Source: Eledone cirrhosa (Eukaryota). From it: 64,000 bases of DNA. Both the position numbers and the translations under genes were made by a program. Under the pieces are notes generated by a model. That model saw nothing but the letters and a program-made list of their open reading frames with translations, had not been told where the DNA came from and did no database searches. Numbering within the stretch: position 1 is the first letter of the stretch; the number at the start of each line of letters is the position of its first letter. Below, piece after piece: positions 49,990 to 64,000 of this stretch. The DNA lies in assembly GCA_964016885.1 (NCBI GenBank), contig OZ024742.1, positions 37,324,001 through 37,388,000 on the forward strand, given 5' to 3'.

Positions 49990-52900
49990 TCGCTTAAGGA
50001 TAAATCCTCTTATCCTCTACCCCCCCCCCCCCCAATATATCGTATTACGCGCTGGCTAGTTCACCCTCAGTTCACCCTTTCAATCACTCCCTTCTCTCAC
50101 CAAATATAAATAAACCTATTGCGAGGTACGAATCTCAGAATTTGTCAACGTTTTTAAATGGTCAGGCCCTCGTCGTTCCCTGCGAAGTATAATGTAAATG
50201 CCATTTTTCTTATCTCTCTCCAGCCTATCGGTCCATTCATTCATATTGTTCTAAATAATCTTCTCTCTGCTATCGGTCCATTCATTCATATATCCGTACC
50301 TTCGCCCAGAATCCAATCTTTTGCTCTCTCTCAATGCTATTCTATAATTCTGACTGGTTGTTTCTAAATAATCTTCTTGTATTTTAAAACCCCATTATTT
50401 GCTTATTATTACTGTTATATGCTTCCCCAATTATGCCCAAAATTCGAAGATTTCATTTAAAACCTCTCGCTAACTACCCCATTTGTTTTTCTAAAATAAC
50501 AATCTTGTTTGTTTAAATTTGGCCGAAAATAACAATTCTAGGATTTATAAAATGGCCTCATTGTCCCTCTTATCCTCTACCCCCCCACTATATCGTATTA
50601 CGCGCTGGCTAGTTCACCCTCAGTTCACCCTTTCAATCACTCCCTTCTCTCAACAAATATAAATAATCTTCTCTCTGCTAACTACCCCATACCCCTCCCT
50701 CCCTCCCCCACTCTCCACCTTGGACCAATCACAAGTCAACGGCCTATGCTATCACTTCTGGCTGCTTTTCGATATGATGGAGGGACTAAGGAATTTCTGG
50801 AGAGTCTGAAGAATCTGGACACTCGATGACAATGCCAAAGATAACGACAAATTCCCCTCATGCTGCCGGACGAAAGGGCAAGGCCCCCCTCCTCTTTGTT
50901 TCGGCCGCGGATGACCAACATGACCCCAACCCCATCCCCCTCACCCCTCCCTGCGCCCCATCCTCCAAACACAATCAAAAGGCCGCTCTAACGAGGTTGT
51001 AGAAATGTTTGAACGTAAGGAGGTTGATGTTTGCTGTATCCAAGAGACCAGGTGGAGGGGCGGGTCTGCTAGATTCATTGTGGGTAAAAAACGTTGCTAT
51101 AAGCTTTTCTGGGTGGGAAATGACAATGGGATAGGTGGGGTAGGAATCATGTTAGCAGAAAAATGGGTGGGATAAGATAATAGATGTAAATAGAGTAAAT
51201 GACAGAATAATTAAAATAAGACTTGTTCTAAATAGAACTACTGTGACAGTAATATCTGCATACGCGCCCCAATCCGGACTGCCTGGCGCTATAAAAGACA
51301 GATTCTATGAGACACTGATGCTCACTACCTCCCAAATAACTGACAGTGACTATATAATTATTGCTGGCGACCTAAATGGCCACGTTGGACAACATTGTGA
51401 CGGCTATGACGGAATCCACGGAGGCTATGGGTTTGGTACTAGAAACGAGGAAGGCTCCAGAATCCTGGAATTCTGTGATGCAAATAACCTAACTATCTGT
51501 AACACTAACTTCAAAAAACGAGACAATCACTTGATCACCTACAAATCAGGGGAACATACCAGCCAGGTAGATTATATCCTTACCAGAAGACGTGACAGAG
51601 TGTCTGTTGTAAACACTAAATCCCTCCCCCATGAAGAATGCACCTCCCAACATAGACTCATAATTAGCGACCTCATAGTCAGGACGAGACGTACTAGACA
51701 GCAGAAGAGGACTATCCTCAGGAGAAAAAATGGAAGCTAAAGGACCCTACAGCCAGAAATAAATTTAAAAGCATATTACTTGATGCTTTCGACAGTAAGG
51801 AAGAGCAATTAGAGTCGTACAATATAGAGGAACAGTGGGAATTCCTGAAAGCAAACCTGCTGATGGCGGCAGACAAAGTCTGTGGCTGGAGCAGGCCTGT
51901 AGGCAGGAGGAGAGTAACATGGTGGTGGAGGAGTCAATTAAGGCCAAAAAGCAGGCTTGGAAAGTATGGCGGGATGGGGGAAGTAGAGAAGACTATCAAG
52001 TGGCCAGGAGGGAAGCTAGGAGACAAGTGTACTTCGCAAGAAGGGAAGCAGAGGAGAGAAAGTTCAAGCATGTTCTACAACGCGATGACCAAAAACGTGA
52101 GGTGTTCAGGATTGCTAGGCAATGTGTCAAGGAAAACCGTGATATTGTCGGGGGAAAGTGTGTACTTAATGATGATGGCGTACTTGCCATCACTGACGCT
52201 GATAAGGAGGTAGCTTGGAAGTGTCACTACGAAAGGCTACTAAATGAGGAGAATAAATGGGAGAAAGACAGTCTCCCCCACATCGACCCAATAGAGGGAC
52301 CAGCAGTGTTAGTCGAAGGTAGTATAATAAGTAAGGCAATCAAAGATATGAAGACAGGTAAGGCGGCTGGGCCTTCGGGAATAGTTGCTGAGATGCTGAA
52401 AGCCTCTGGAACGGTAGGACACACCATGGTCACCCGGATAGTAAACCAAGTCATACAGAATGGGGTTGTTCCGAAGGACTGGCGTAGCAGCATCATCATT
52501 AACTGCTACAAGGGTAAAGGAGACGCCCTAGATAGGAGTAACTATAGAGGCATTAAATTAATCGACCAGGTCATGAAGGTCACAGAAAAAGTAATAGCGC
52601 AACTAATCAGAGAGAATTGATCTAGATGAAATGCAGTTCGGGTTTGTATCAGGCAAAAGTACCACAGACGCTCTTTTCATTGTACGACAACTACAGGAGA
52701 AGTCCCTAGCTAAAAGTAAACCCCTATACTTAGCTTTTGTCGACTTGGAGAAAGCCTTCGACAGAGTTCCCCGTTCCATTATCTGGTAGGCTCTTAGAAA
52801 ACTAGGTGTTGATGAATGGCTGGTGAGAGCTATACAAGCCATGTATAAAGAAACAGTCAGCAAGGTTAGAATTAACAACGAATATAGTGAAGAGTTTAGC

Positions 52901-54333
52901 GTAAAAGTTGGTGTTCATCAGGGCTCTGTTCTTAGCCCCCTACTATTTATTATTGCCCTTCAGGCTATAACAGTGGAGTTCAAGACCGGCTGCCCATGGG
53001 AACTCCTATACGCAGATAATCTAACGCTCATAGCTGAATCACTGAATCAATGGCCGAGCTAGAGAAGAAATTCCAAACATGGAAGCACGGCCTAGAATCA
53101 AAAGGCCTTAAAATTAACCTGGCTAAGACTAAAGTTCTAGTTTGTAGGAAAGAAAATAAGGCGCCGGTCCCTTCCGGGAAATGGCCATGCTCAGTGTGTA
53201 GGAAAGGCGTAGGTAGAAACTCCATTTTATGTCCCAAATGCAAAATATGGGTGCATAAAAGATGTAGTGGGATCACAGGTAAGCTAACTAAGAACACAGA
53301 TTTTATATGTGGCTGGTGCTCTGTTGCAATAAGTAGCAGCAAGTGCCCACAAAATACTAGCTCTTCAATTGCGCAGAGGGTTCTATAGAAATAGTGGACA
53401 GCTTCCGTTACCTGGGTGACAAAATGAGCAGTGGGGGAGGGTGCTCTGAAAGTACAGTAGCTAGAGTCAGAACTGTATGGAAAAAGTTCAGAGAGCTTAT
53501 ACCACTATTAGCCGCTAAAGGGTTCTCCCTAAAAATGAAAGGCAGGCTGTATGATGCCTGCATACGAACAGCAATGTTGCATGGCAGTGAGACCTGGGCA
53601 TTGTGTGCAGAGGATATACGCAGACTAGAGAGGAACGAAGCTTGCATGCTCCGCTGGATGTGTAATAGTAATATACGCGAACGGCAAAGCATAAACGAAC
53701 TAAGGGAAAAATTAGAAATAAGAGGGAAGGCTATGTTGGTATGGTCACGTGATGCACATGAAAGACGACAGCTGTATAAAAAAGTGCAGGGCAATAAAGA
53801 TAGACAGTAGCCACGGAGTAGGCAGACCCAGAAAAACCTGGGACGACCTGATAAATTCCGACCTCACACACTTACACCTCTCCAAGACAATGTCACTGGA
53901 CCGAGATCTTTGGCAGTACTCAGTAATAGAGAAGACCCGCCTTACCTAAATACAAAGTAAAACCTACTACAGTCAGTAGGCATCTCTAACAAAATACACC
54001 CCCGTCCCACCACCCCCGTCCCATCCACACCGCCCCTTTCAATGTAAAGTTATGTTGGTACCACAACATCCAGTCCGAAACAAATGAGGTCGTGTAGGTG
54101 TCACGACAAAAAAAACACACAGTCCACGCTGTAATGTGGCCGTGTAGGTAACACGGTAAAAACCTCCCAGTCCACACTGTAAACCTGGTTGGTGTTAGGA
54201 AGGGCATCCAGCCGTAGAAAACCCGCCAGACAGTCCTATGCGAGCAAGACAACCACTCTTGCCTCAAGTGGGAAAACTCCCGTCCAAACCCATGCAAGCG
54301 TGGAACATGGACGTTAAACGATGGTGATGATGA
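49990..54333 (+). mobile_element. Near full-length RTE LINE, family A (copy 2), with long repeat-containing 5' region
   Basis: Colinear with copy 1. ORF pieces 50832-53949 carry frameshifts and stops. (GAT)n tail. The 5' boundary is approximate. Confidence 0.95.
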
Positions 54334-54475
54334 TATATATATATATATTTGAATATGTTTAACTTACCTCACACTTATAACCTTTTATTCTAAAAATAAT
54401 CCTTTCACCTCTATTAATATGGTTTAGGTGTTTAGGTTATTAGTTTCAAGAAACTAGACTCCTCAATAAGTATTA

Positions 54476-57437
54476 TCTATATATCTATAAATGCAAGTTT
54501 TCAATTCTGTGTGCTCACCTAAAACTCAAAAACTAGCGTACAGACACCCACAAAATTACATATATGTATTCACTACATTGTCTGATAGGTAACAATAACA
54601 ATATTTGTGCTATACAAAGCAACAAATTCATTTAAATTCAATTGTAAATATTTCCTTATGTATATCAAAAAAGTCATCCATTTTGTTTTACAATCTCCAT
54701 TCTGTAAAGAGAGAAAGAGAGAGAGAGGATGAGAGAGAAAGAGAAAGAAGAGAGAAAGGATGGGAGAGAGAAGGAGAGACAATGAGAAAGTGAGGGGGTT
54801 GGGGAGAGAAAAAGAGTGAGTGATAGCAGCGTTCAATAAATTGGGAAGATAAACTATTCTTTACTTACATTTTAACTCTCCCCTTTCTTCTTTGCCATGT
54901 GTTACTTCTTTCTCCCCCCCCCTCTCTCATTAAAGGAGATAATGCGACAGCGTGTGTGCGCATACATGTGTGTTGGCATTCTTAAGTTAGAGACATGTTT
55001 GTGTGCGTGTGTCAGCATTCTTCAACTTTCCTCTCTTGCTCTAAAGTTAACTTAAGCAGCCGATATATAAATCCTTAATTCACCCTCTCCCTGCATGAAA
55101 GATAACAGTTCGAGGAGAGGAGCTGACCATAGACAATCAATCAATGGGTAGGCAGACACAAAATGTTGTATAAACTTCTAAAAGCTCATATCGATGTTGA
55201 GTATTGTAGCTCTGTCACAACAATACAGCATGTCACAAGATATATCAACAAGGGCATTGACATGGCTACTTTTGTTACTGACAAGGAACTCAATGATGGT
55301 GGGTTGGATAAAGTCAAACGGTATGTGACAGGTCAATACATCTCCAGCAATGAAGCTATCTGGCAGATCATTGGATTTGATATCCACCAACACCACCCAA
55401 CAGAGGTCAACCTAGCAATCCATCTGGAAAATGGACAGAGAGTGTACATCACTGAGACCACTGCTCATCAGTTGGTACAAGTGCCACCTGACACTACTCT
55501 AATTGCTTTTCCTAAACTCTGCCAGAATGATGTATTTGCTTGATCCCTCCTGTATGCTGACATCCCAACATACTACACCTGGACCAATTGCAAGACCTGG
55601 AATCAAAGGAAGCAGAGTCATTTAGTGGAAGGTCATGAAGTCAAGGCAAGTGTTGCTATTGGGCATGTTTACAATGACCACCCCAACAACAGAGAGTGTT
55701 TTTATTTATAGCTACTTCAGCATACTGTTCGAAGACCAATGTCATTTGAGGATCTTAGGTGCTTCGGAGGAAGGGTGTGCGCAACATACCAAGAAGCTTG
55801 TAAACAGCATGGACTCCTGCATGACAATGGACATTAGAAGAAGTGCCTCGAAGAAGTAGCAATCACTCAATTAGCAAGTCAAACAAGATTTGCTATTATG
55901 CTCACACCATGTGGAATTGACGAAGCTCATCTACTCTGGCAAGAGTACAAAAACAATATGTCGGATGACTATCTACAGCTAACCTGAAGACATCATGATA
56001 TGTATATGAAATATATCCCCATAATTTACAATCAAGCTCTCTGAGACCTGTCCCATCGAGTTCAGGCAGTGAATAGCGCATTAGCTAACTGCGAGATGCT
56101 AGAGCCAGATGAAGAAATGGCGGTGGTACAAGAAGTTTTTCAGAAGACAAACTACAATATTAAAGCATTGCGTAAGTTTGTGGATGAAAATGAACTTCAA
56201 TTGGAGGATGAGCAAAAATATGCCTACCATATCATGGAAAACATTCAAAATGACAGGGGAGGAATTTTCTTCATCAATGCTCCTGCCAGCACAGGTAAGA
56301 CATTCCTCAAACTTCCTGCTTGCAAAAGTTCACCAAAAGCAACATATTGCCCTTGCTGTGACTTCAAGTGGCATTGCAGCAACACTTCTGGATGGAAGAA
56401 GAACTGCACACTCCATGTTTAAGCTGCCTATAGACCTCACATGACATGAACAATCTTTTTGCAACATCAAGAACTCACCTAAGGGCAAGTTTTTGTAAAC
56501 ATGCAAGATAATAATTTGGGATGAAGTTACCATGAGCCATAAACAAGCAATTGAAGCGTTGGACCAGACAATAAGGGATCTGAGAGAAAATACCTGCATA
56601 ATAGGAGTGACAATGGTTCTTGCTGGTGATTTCAGATAAACTCTGCCTGTCATTCCCTAAGAGACCCAAGCTGACCAGGTCAATGCCTGTCTGAAAGCAT
56701 CCCATCTCTGGCCCCACTTTCAGTGGCTGAGCCTTACAACCAATATGCAAGTGCACTTGACTGGTGACAAAGGTGTCAGTGAGTTTACCATCCAACTATT
56801 TAAATAGGGAAATGGGCTTCTCGAAAAGGACTCCAACGACCAGATTCAGTTGTCATTTGGCTATATCATTGACACAGAACAAGAACTGGTGACAGTGTTT
56901 CCAAAGATTCAGATCAGACAATGTGATCCCAAATGGCTCTGTGAACACGCAATCTTAGCACTGAAAAATGTTGCTGTGAAAGAAATCAACAGAGGAATAC
57001 TAGACATGCTACCGGGAGAGAAAAGATGCTACAAATGAGTTGACACAATCATTTCCCAAAACCATGTTGTAAACAATCCAACTGAATTTTTGAACAGTCT
57101 TGAACTAGCAGAAATTCCTCCACACAACATGATGCAGAAACTTGGAGCAGCAGTTATGCTACTTCGTAACCTGGGTCCTCTGAAATTTTGCAATGCCACA
57201 AGACTCATCATCAAAATTATGATGTCTAATATCCTAGAAGTAGAAATGATATCACGTAAATTTGCTGGTGACAATTGTTTCATTCCCAGAATACCTCTGA
57301 AAGCAACTGATTTGACATTTGAATTTGAAAGGCTTCAATTTTCTATCAAACTCAGTTTTGCCATGGCCATCAATAAATCCCTAGAGCAATCATTGAAAGT
57401 TGTTGGGTTGAATCTGGAAGATTTTGTCTTTTCACAT
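54476..57437 (+). mobile_element. Helitron remnant with decayed Rep/Pif1 helicase
   Basis: A|TC start (tctatatatctataaatgc). Fragments AHIDVEYC..YINKG.D, YISSNEAIW, HLENGQRVY, APASTGKTF, SSGIAATLLDGRRTAHS, IIWDEV, LAGDFR, PPH, FIPRIPL, SFAMAINKS. Confidence 0.85.
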
Positions 57438-57449
57438 ATATATATATAA

Positions 57450-59229
<1,780 letters not shown>

Positions 59230-59257
59230 TATATATTATATATATAATATCATATAT

Positions 59258-59440
59258 ATCATCATCATCATTTTACGTCCGCTTTTCCCTGCTTGCAAGG
59301 GTTGGATGGGTCCTATTCAGCACAGCATCTCTCCACTTATCACGGTCCTTCGTCATCTCCTCGGTGAGTTTCAGCAATCTGAGGTCTGCTCTCACCACCT
59401 CCGTCCATGTTTTTCGTGGTCTACCTCTACTGCATCTTCA
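59258..59440 (-). mobile_element. RTE family D 3' end
   Basis: Homologous to 61110-61295. A SINE-tail stub follows at 59500-59565. Confidence 0.85.
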
Positions 59441-60069
59441 ATGTTTATATATATATATAATACATATATATAATATATATATAATGTTTATATATATATA
59501 TCATCATCATTTTACGTCCGCTTTTCCCTGCTTACAAGGGTGTGACGGCAACTGATTCTGGCTTATAATACATATAATGTTTATATATATGTGTCTGATG
59601 GTAGCTAAGATGCTTCCATAGGTGGATTGCTGATTGAGCACTCTATGCTCTTGCAGAGCAGAGTATGATAGAATAGAAACGAAAAATCAGTGATGCATCT
59701 GAACTCTGTTGTGTGTTACAATTGTTTCCCCGGCGGACAGCTCGAGACGCAATCAGTGTGTGGATCTGTCTGATTCTGGCCCCGCAGGTTCAACGGACAC
59801 GTCTAATGATTTCCGAGCAGATCAAACAGATCCACACAATGATCAGACAGTTCCATACAATGATCGCGTCTCTAGCTGTCCGCCGGGGAAACAATTGTAA
59901 CACTGGTGTATTACTGGTACTTTATTTTATCGACCCCATAAGTATGAGAGGGAAAGGTAACCTCGGCAGGATTTGAACTCAGAATGGCAAAAAAGCATGA
60001 CATCCGACCCTCTACCGATACTGCCAACCCACCGCCCTATGTTTATATATATATATATAATATATATAA

Positions 60070-60992
60070 AACAAGTACCACCAATCTCTGGGAGGGCCCT
60101 GTAGAAACAGTAGACAGCTTCTGCTACCTAGGTGACCGAATTAGCAACGGAGGTGGGTGCTCAGAAAGTACAATAACTAGGGTAAGAACGGGATGGAAGA
60201 AGTTTAGGGAACTACTACCACTGCTAGCTGCAAAAGGCTTCTCCCTCAGAATGAAAGGCAGACTGTATGATGCGTGTATCCGAACAGCGATGTTGCATGG
60301 TAGTGAGACCTGGGCGCTGAAGGTGGAAGACTTACGTAGATTAGAGAGAAACGAAGCCTGCATGCTCCGATGGATGTGTAACAGTAATATACGTGAACGA
60401 CAAAGCATAAATGAATTGAGAGAGAGACTGAGCATAAGAGGAATCAAATGCTGCGTGCAGGAGAGGCGGTTACGCTGGTATGGACATGTGATGCGTATGA
60501 AGGATGACAGCTGCATAAAAAGGTGCAGAGCACTAGAAGTTGATGGAAACCGCGGAGTGGGGAGACCCAAGATGACTTGGGATGAGGTGATAAAAGCCGA
60601 CCTTACCCAACTACACCTCTCAAAGTCAATGACACACGACCGTGACTTCTGGCGTCACGCAGTAATACAGGGTACCCGACCTCCCATGGGTACATGCTGA
60701 AGCATATAAACAATATGCCCCCCCCCCCCCCACCGCAAGGTGGTCGTGGAGGTGCCACGGCAAAAAAGCACCCAGCCCACACTGTAAAGTGGACGTGTAG
60801 GCGCCACGAAAAAGCACCCAGCACTCACTGTAAATGAGGTTGGTGTTAGGAAGGGCATCCAGCTGTAGAAATCAAGCCAGATCAGTTCCTGTATGAGCAA
60901 GGCATGGTCAGCCGACCAGACACTGCCCACAACAGGACAACCCGTCTAACCCATGCTAGCGTGGAAGAACGGACGTAAAACGGTGATGATGA
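60070..60992 (+). mobile_element. RTE family C, 5'-truncated
   Basis: Open frame to 60700 (DSFCYLGD...RLRWYGHVMRM...GTRPPMGTC*), then a ~290-nt 3' UTR and (GAT)n tail. Confidence 0.95.
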
Positions 60993-61109
60993 TATATATA
61001 TATAATACATATATATATAATACATATATGTTTATATATATATATATATATATATACATAATATATATAATACATATATATATATAATGTTTATATATAT
61101 ATATATATA

Positions 61110-61966
61110 TCATCATCATCATCATCATCATCATTTTACGTCCGCTTTTCCCTGCTTGCAAGGGTGGGACGGGTCTTATTCAGCACAGCATCTCTCCACT
61201 CGTCACGGTCCCTCGTCATCTCCACCGTGAGCTTCAATGATCTGAGGTCTGTTCTCACCACCTCCGCCCATGTTTTTCGTGGTCTACCTCTACCACGTCT
61301 TCCTTCAACTGGCATTTCCTGGCACTTCTTCACCCATCGGTCATCCTCCATGCGCATCACATGTCCATACCACCTCAGTCTCCTCTCCCGTACACTACAT
61401 TCTATCCCTCTCAGACACAGTTTCTCTCTCAACACATTTATGCTGGGTCGTTCACGCACATTTACACTGCACATCCAACGGAGCATGCTTGCCTCATTTC
61501 TCTCCAGCCGTCGCATATCTTCTGCGGTAGCTGCCCATGTCTCACTACCATGCAGCATCGCGCTCCTCACACAGGCATCATACAACCGGCCTTTCGTACG
61601 CAGGGAGAAACCCTTCTTCGTCAACAGAGGAAGCAGCTCCCTAAACTTCTTCCAACCCGTCCTTATTCTAGATACTATGGCCTCGGAACACCCTCCTCCC
61701 ATGCTAATCTGATCTCCTAGGTACCGGAAGCTATCCACCACTTCTATAGCGCCCTCTCGCATTTGAAAAATGTGTCTATCAGTGCGACTTCTACTGTCTA
61801 ATTTCCCTGTACATCTACTGCATACATAGTTCTCCCTACCTGTTAGTTTGCCTGCTATCCCGCTACATCTCTTGTGTACCCAGGACCTACATTGTGTGCA
61901 TTTTATAGAATTTATGCCAGTTCCTTTTCTGCATATCGAACATGGCCATTTCCCTGACGGAATCAT
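61110..61966 (-). mobile_element. RTE family D, 5'-truncated, open frame running into the tail
   Basis: 276-codon open frame from the Cys finger to KTRPTLASREKRT*. The stop codon sits directly before (GAT)n. Confidence 0.95.
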
Positions 61967-62327
61967 ATATATATATATATATAATACATATAAATATGTT
62001 TATATATATATATATATATATAATAAATATATAATACATATATATATAATGTTTATATATATATATATATATAATGTTTATATATATATATATATATATA
62101 TAATGTTTATATATATATATATATATATAATAAATATATATATATATATATATATAATAAATATATATATATATATATATAATGTTTATATATATATATA
62201 TATATATATAATGTTTATATATATATATATATATATAATAAATATATATATATATATATAATGTTTATATATATATATATATATATAATAAATATATAAT
62301 ACATATATATATAATGTTTATATATAT

Positions 62328-62374
<47 letters not shown>

Positions 62375-62391
62375 CATATAAATGTTTATAT

Positions 62392-62423
<32 letters not shown>

Positions 62424-62451
62424 ATATATATATAATACATATAAATATGTT

Positions 62452-62482
<31 letters not shown>

Positions 62483-62500
62483 TATAATACATATAAATAT

Positions 62501-62546
<46 letters not shown>

Positions 62547-62564
62547 TATAATACATATATATAT

Positions 62565-62602
<38 letters not shown>

Positions 62603-63080
62603 TATAATACATATATATATGTTTATATATATATATAATATATATAATACATATATATATAATGTTTATATATATATATAATATATATAATACATATATA
62701 ATGTTTATATATATATAATATATATAATACATATATGTTTTTATATATATATATATATATAATATATATAATACATATGTTTATATATATATATATATAA
62801 TATATATAATACATGTTTATATATATATATATATATAATATATATAATACATATATAATGTTTATATATATAATATATATATAATGTTTATATATATATA
62901 ATATAAATAATACATATATAATGTTTATATATATATAATATAAATAATACATATATAATGTTTATATATATAAATAATATAAATAATACATATATAATGT
63001 TTATATATATAAATAATATAAATAATACATATATAATGTTTATATATATAAATAATATAAATAATACATATATAATGTTT
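61967..63080. repeat. Compound (TA)n microsatellite with aatacat/aatgttt interruptions
   Basis: Seen directly. Confidence 0.95.
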
Positions 63081-63215
63081 ATCATCATCATCAACGTTTA
63101 ACGTCCGTGTTCCACGCTTGCATGGGTTTGGACGGGGGTAGTCCCACTTGAGGCAAGAGTGATTGTCTTGCTCGCATAGGACTGTCTGGCAGGTTTTCTA
63201 CAGTTGGATGCCCTT
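63081..63215 (-). mobile_element. RTE family A terminal fragment
   Basis: Essentially the reverse complement of 2696-2835. Confidence 0.9.
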
Positions 63216-63376
63216 ATATATAAATAATATATATAATACATATATATATATATATATATATAATACATATATATATAATGTTTATAAATATATATATATA
63301 TATAATACATATATATAATACATATATATATAATGCATATATATATATAATGTTTATATATATATATGTATACATA

Positions 63377-63665
63377 TCTATATATATAAAACTGAGGATG
63401 TCTCTGTCTCTCTGTGTGTGGGTGTGTGTCTGTGAGTTTGAATCCCTAAAACTCGAGAAGTACCCAACCGATTTTTTTGAAACTTTACATGTGTATTACT
63501 TATGTTTCAGGAAGTGTTATGCACATAAAAAAATTGTTTGATCCCCTAGGCCCCTAGGTGAAAAACTGCGTTTTTTTTCAGCTTTTTATGGTATTTTTGA
63601 GGCATTACGTCGGACCAATTTCCTTGAAATTGTAACTATGAATTAGTCAGTCTTTTCTTCATGCT
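63377..63665 (+). mobile_element. Helitron-like 5' end
   Basis: A|TCTATATATATAAAA, then a (GT/CT) tract and the ccgatttt..gaaacttt subterminal motif. Confidence 0.55.
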
Positions 63666-63667
63666 GT

Positions 63668-64000
63668 CATCATCATCATCATCATCACCGTTTTACGTCC
63701 GTTCTTCCACGCTAGCATGGGTTAGACGGGTTGTCCTGTTGTGTGCAGTGTCTGGTCGGCTGACCATGCCTTGCTCATACAGGAACTGATCTGACTTGAT
63801 TTCTACAGCTGGATGCCCTTCCTAACACCAACCTCATTTACAGTGAGTGCTGGGTACTTTTTCGTGGTGCCTACACGTCCACTTTACAGTGTGGGCTGGG
63901 TGCTTTTTTGCCGTGGCGCCTCCACGACCACCTTGCGGTGGGAGGGTGTGGGGGCATATTGTTTATATGCTTCAGCATGTACCCATGGGAGGTCGGGTAC
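63668..64000 (-). mobile_element. RTE family C 3' end (continues beyond the window)
   Basis: Near-identical reverse complement of 60672-60992. Confidence 0.9.

Noticed and set aside
55163-57449. Cellular PIF1 helicase gene
   Set aside because: Many stops and frameshifts, no introns, Helitron Rep-linker motifs upstream and a TC 5' end indicate a transposon relic.

Overview
Eukaryotic, AT-rich, repeat-saturated non-genic DNA with one 200-N assembly gap. The repeat mix suggests an invertebrate, probably an octopus or other cephalopod (inference, not verifiable here). I found no host gene, and nearly all ORF-track calls are microsatellite or antisense artefacts. Mobile elements present: many RTE-clade LINE copies from at least 4 families (two near full length), a CR1-like LINE with an open polyQ ORF1, a CRE-like remnant, Helitron remnants, an internally deleted mariner, tRNA-derived SINEs and MITEs. 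Tandem repeats include a 13-copy ~67-bp minisatellite and long compound (TA)n tracts. The most notable hidden layer is RNA structure. There are at least three sequence families of hammerhead ribozyme motifs, two tied to Penelope-like GIY-YIG remnants. One pair sits in a ~260-bp-arm head-to-head palindrome, and one orphan has a long extended stem I. There are also unexplained long hairpin elements and evidence that RTE LINEs and SINEs share or swap 3' modules.
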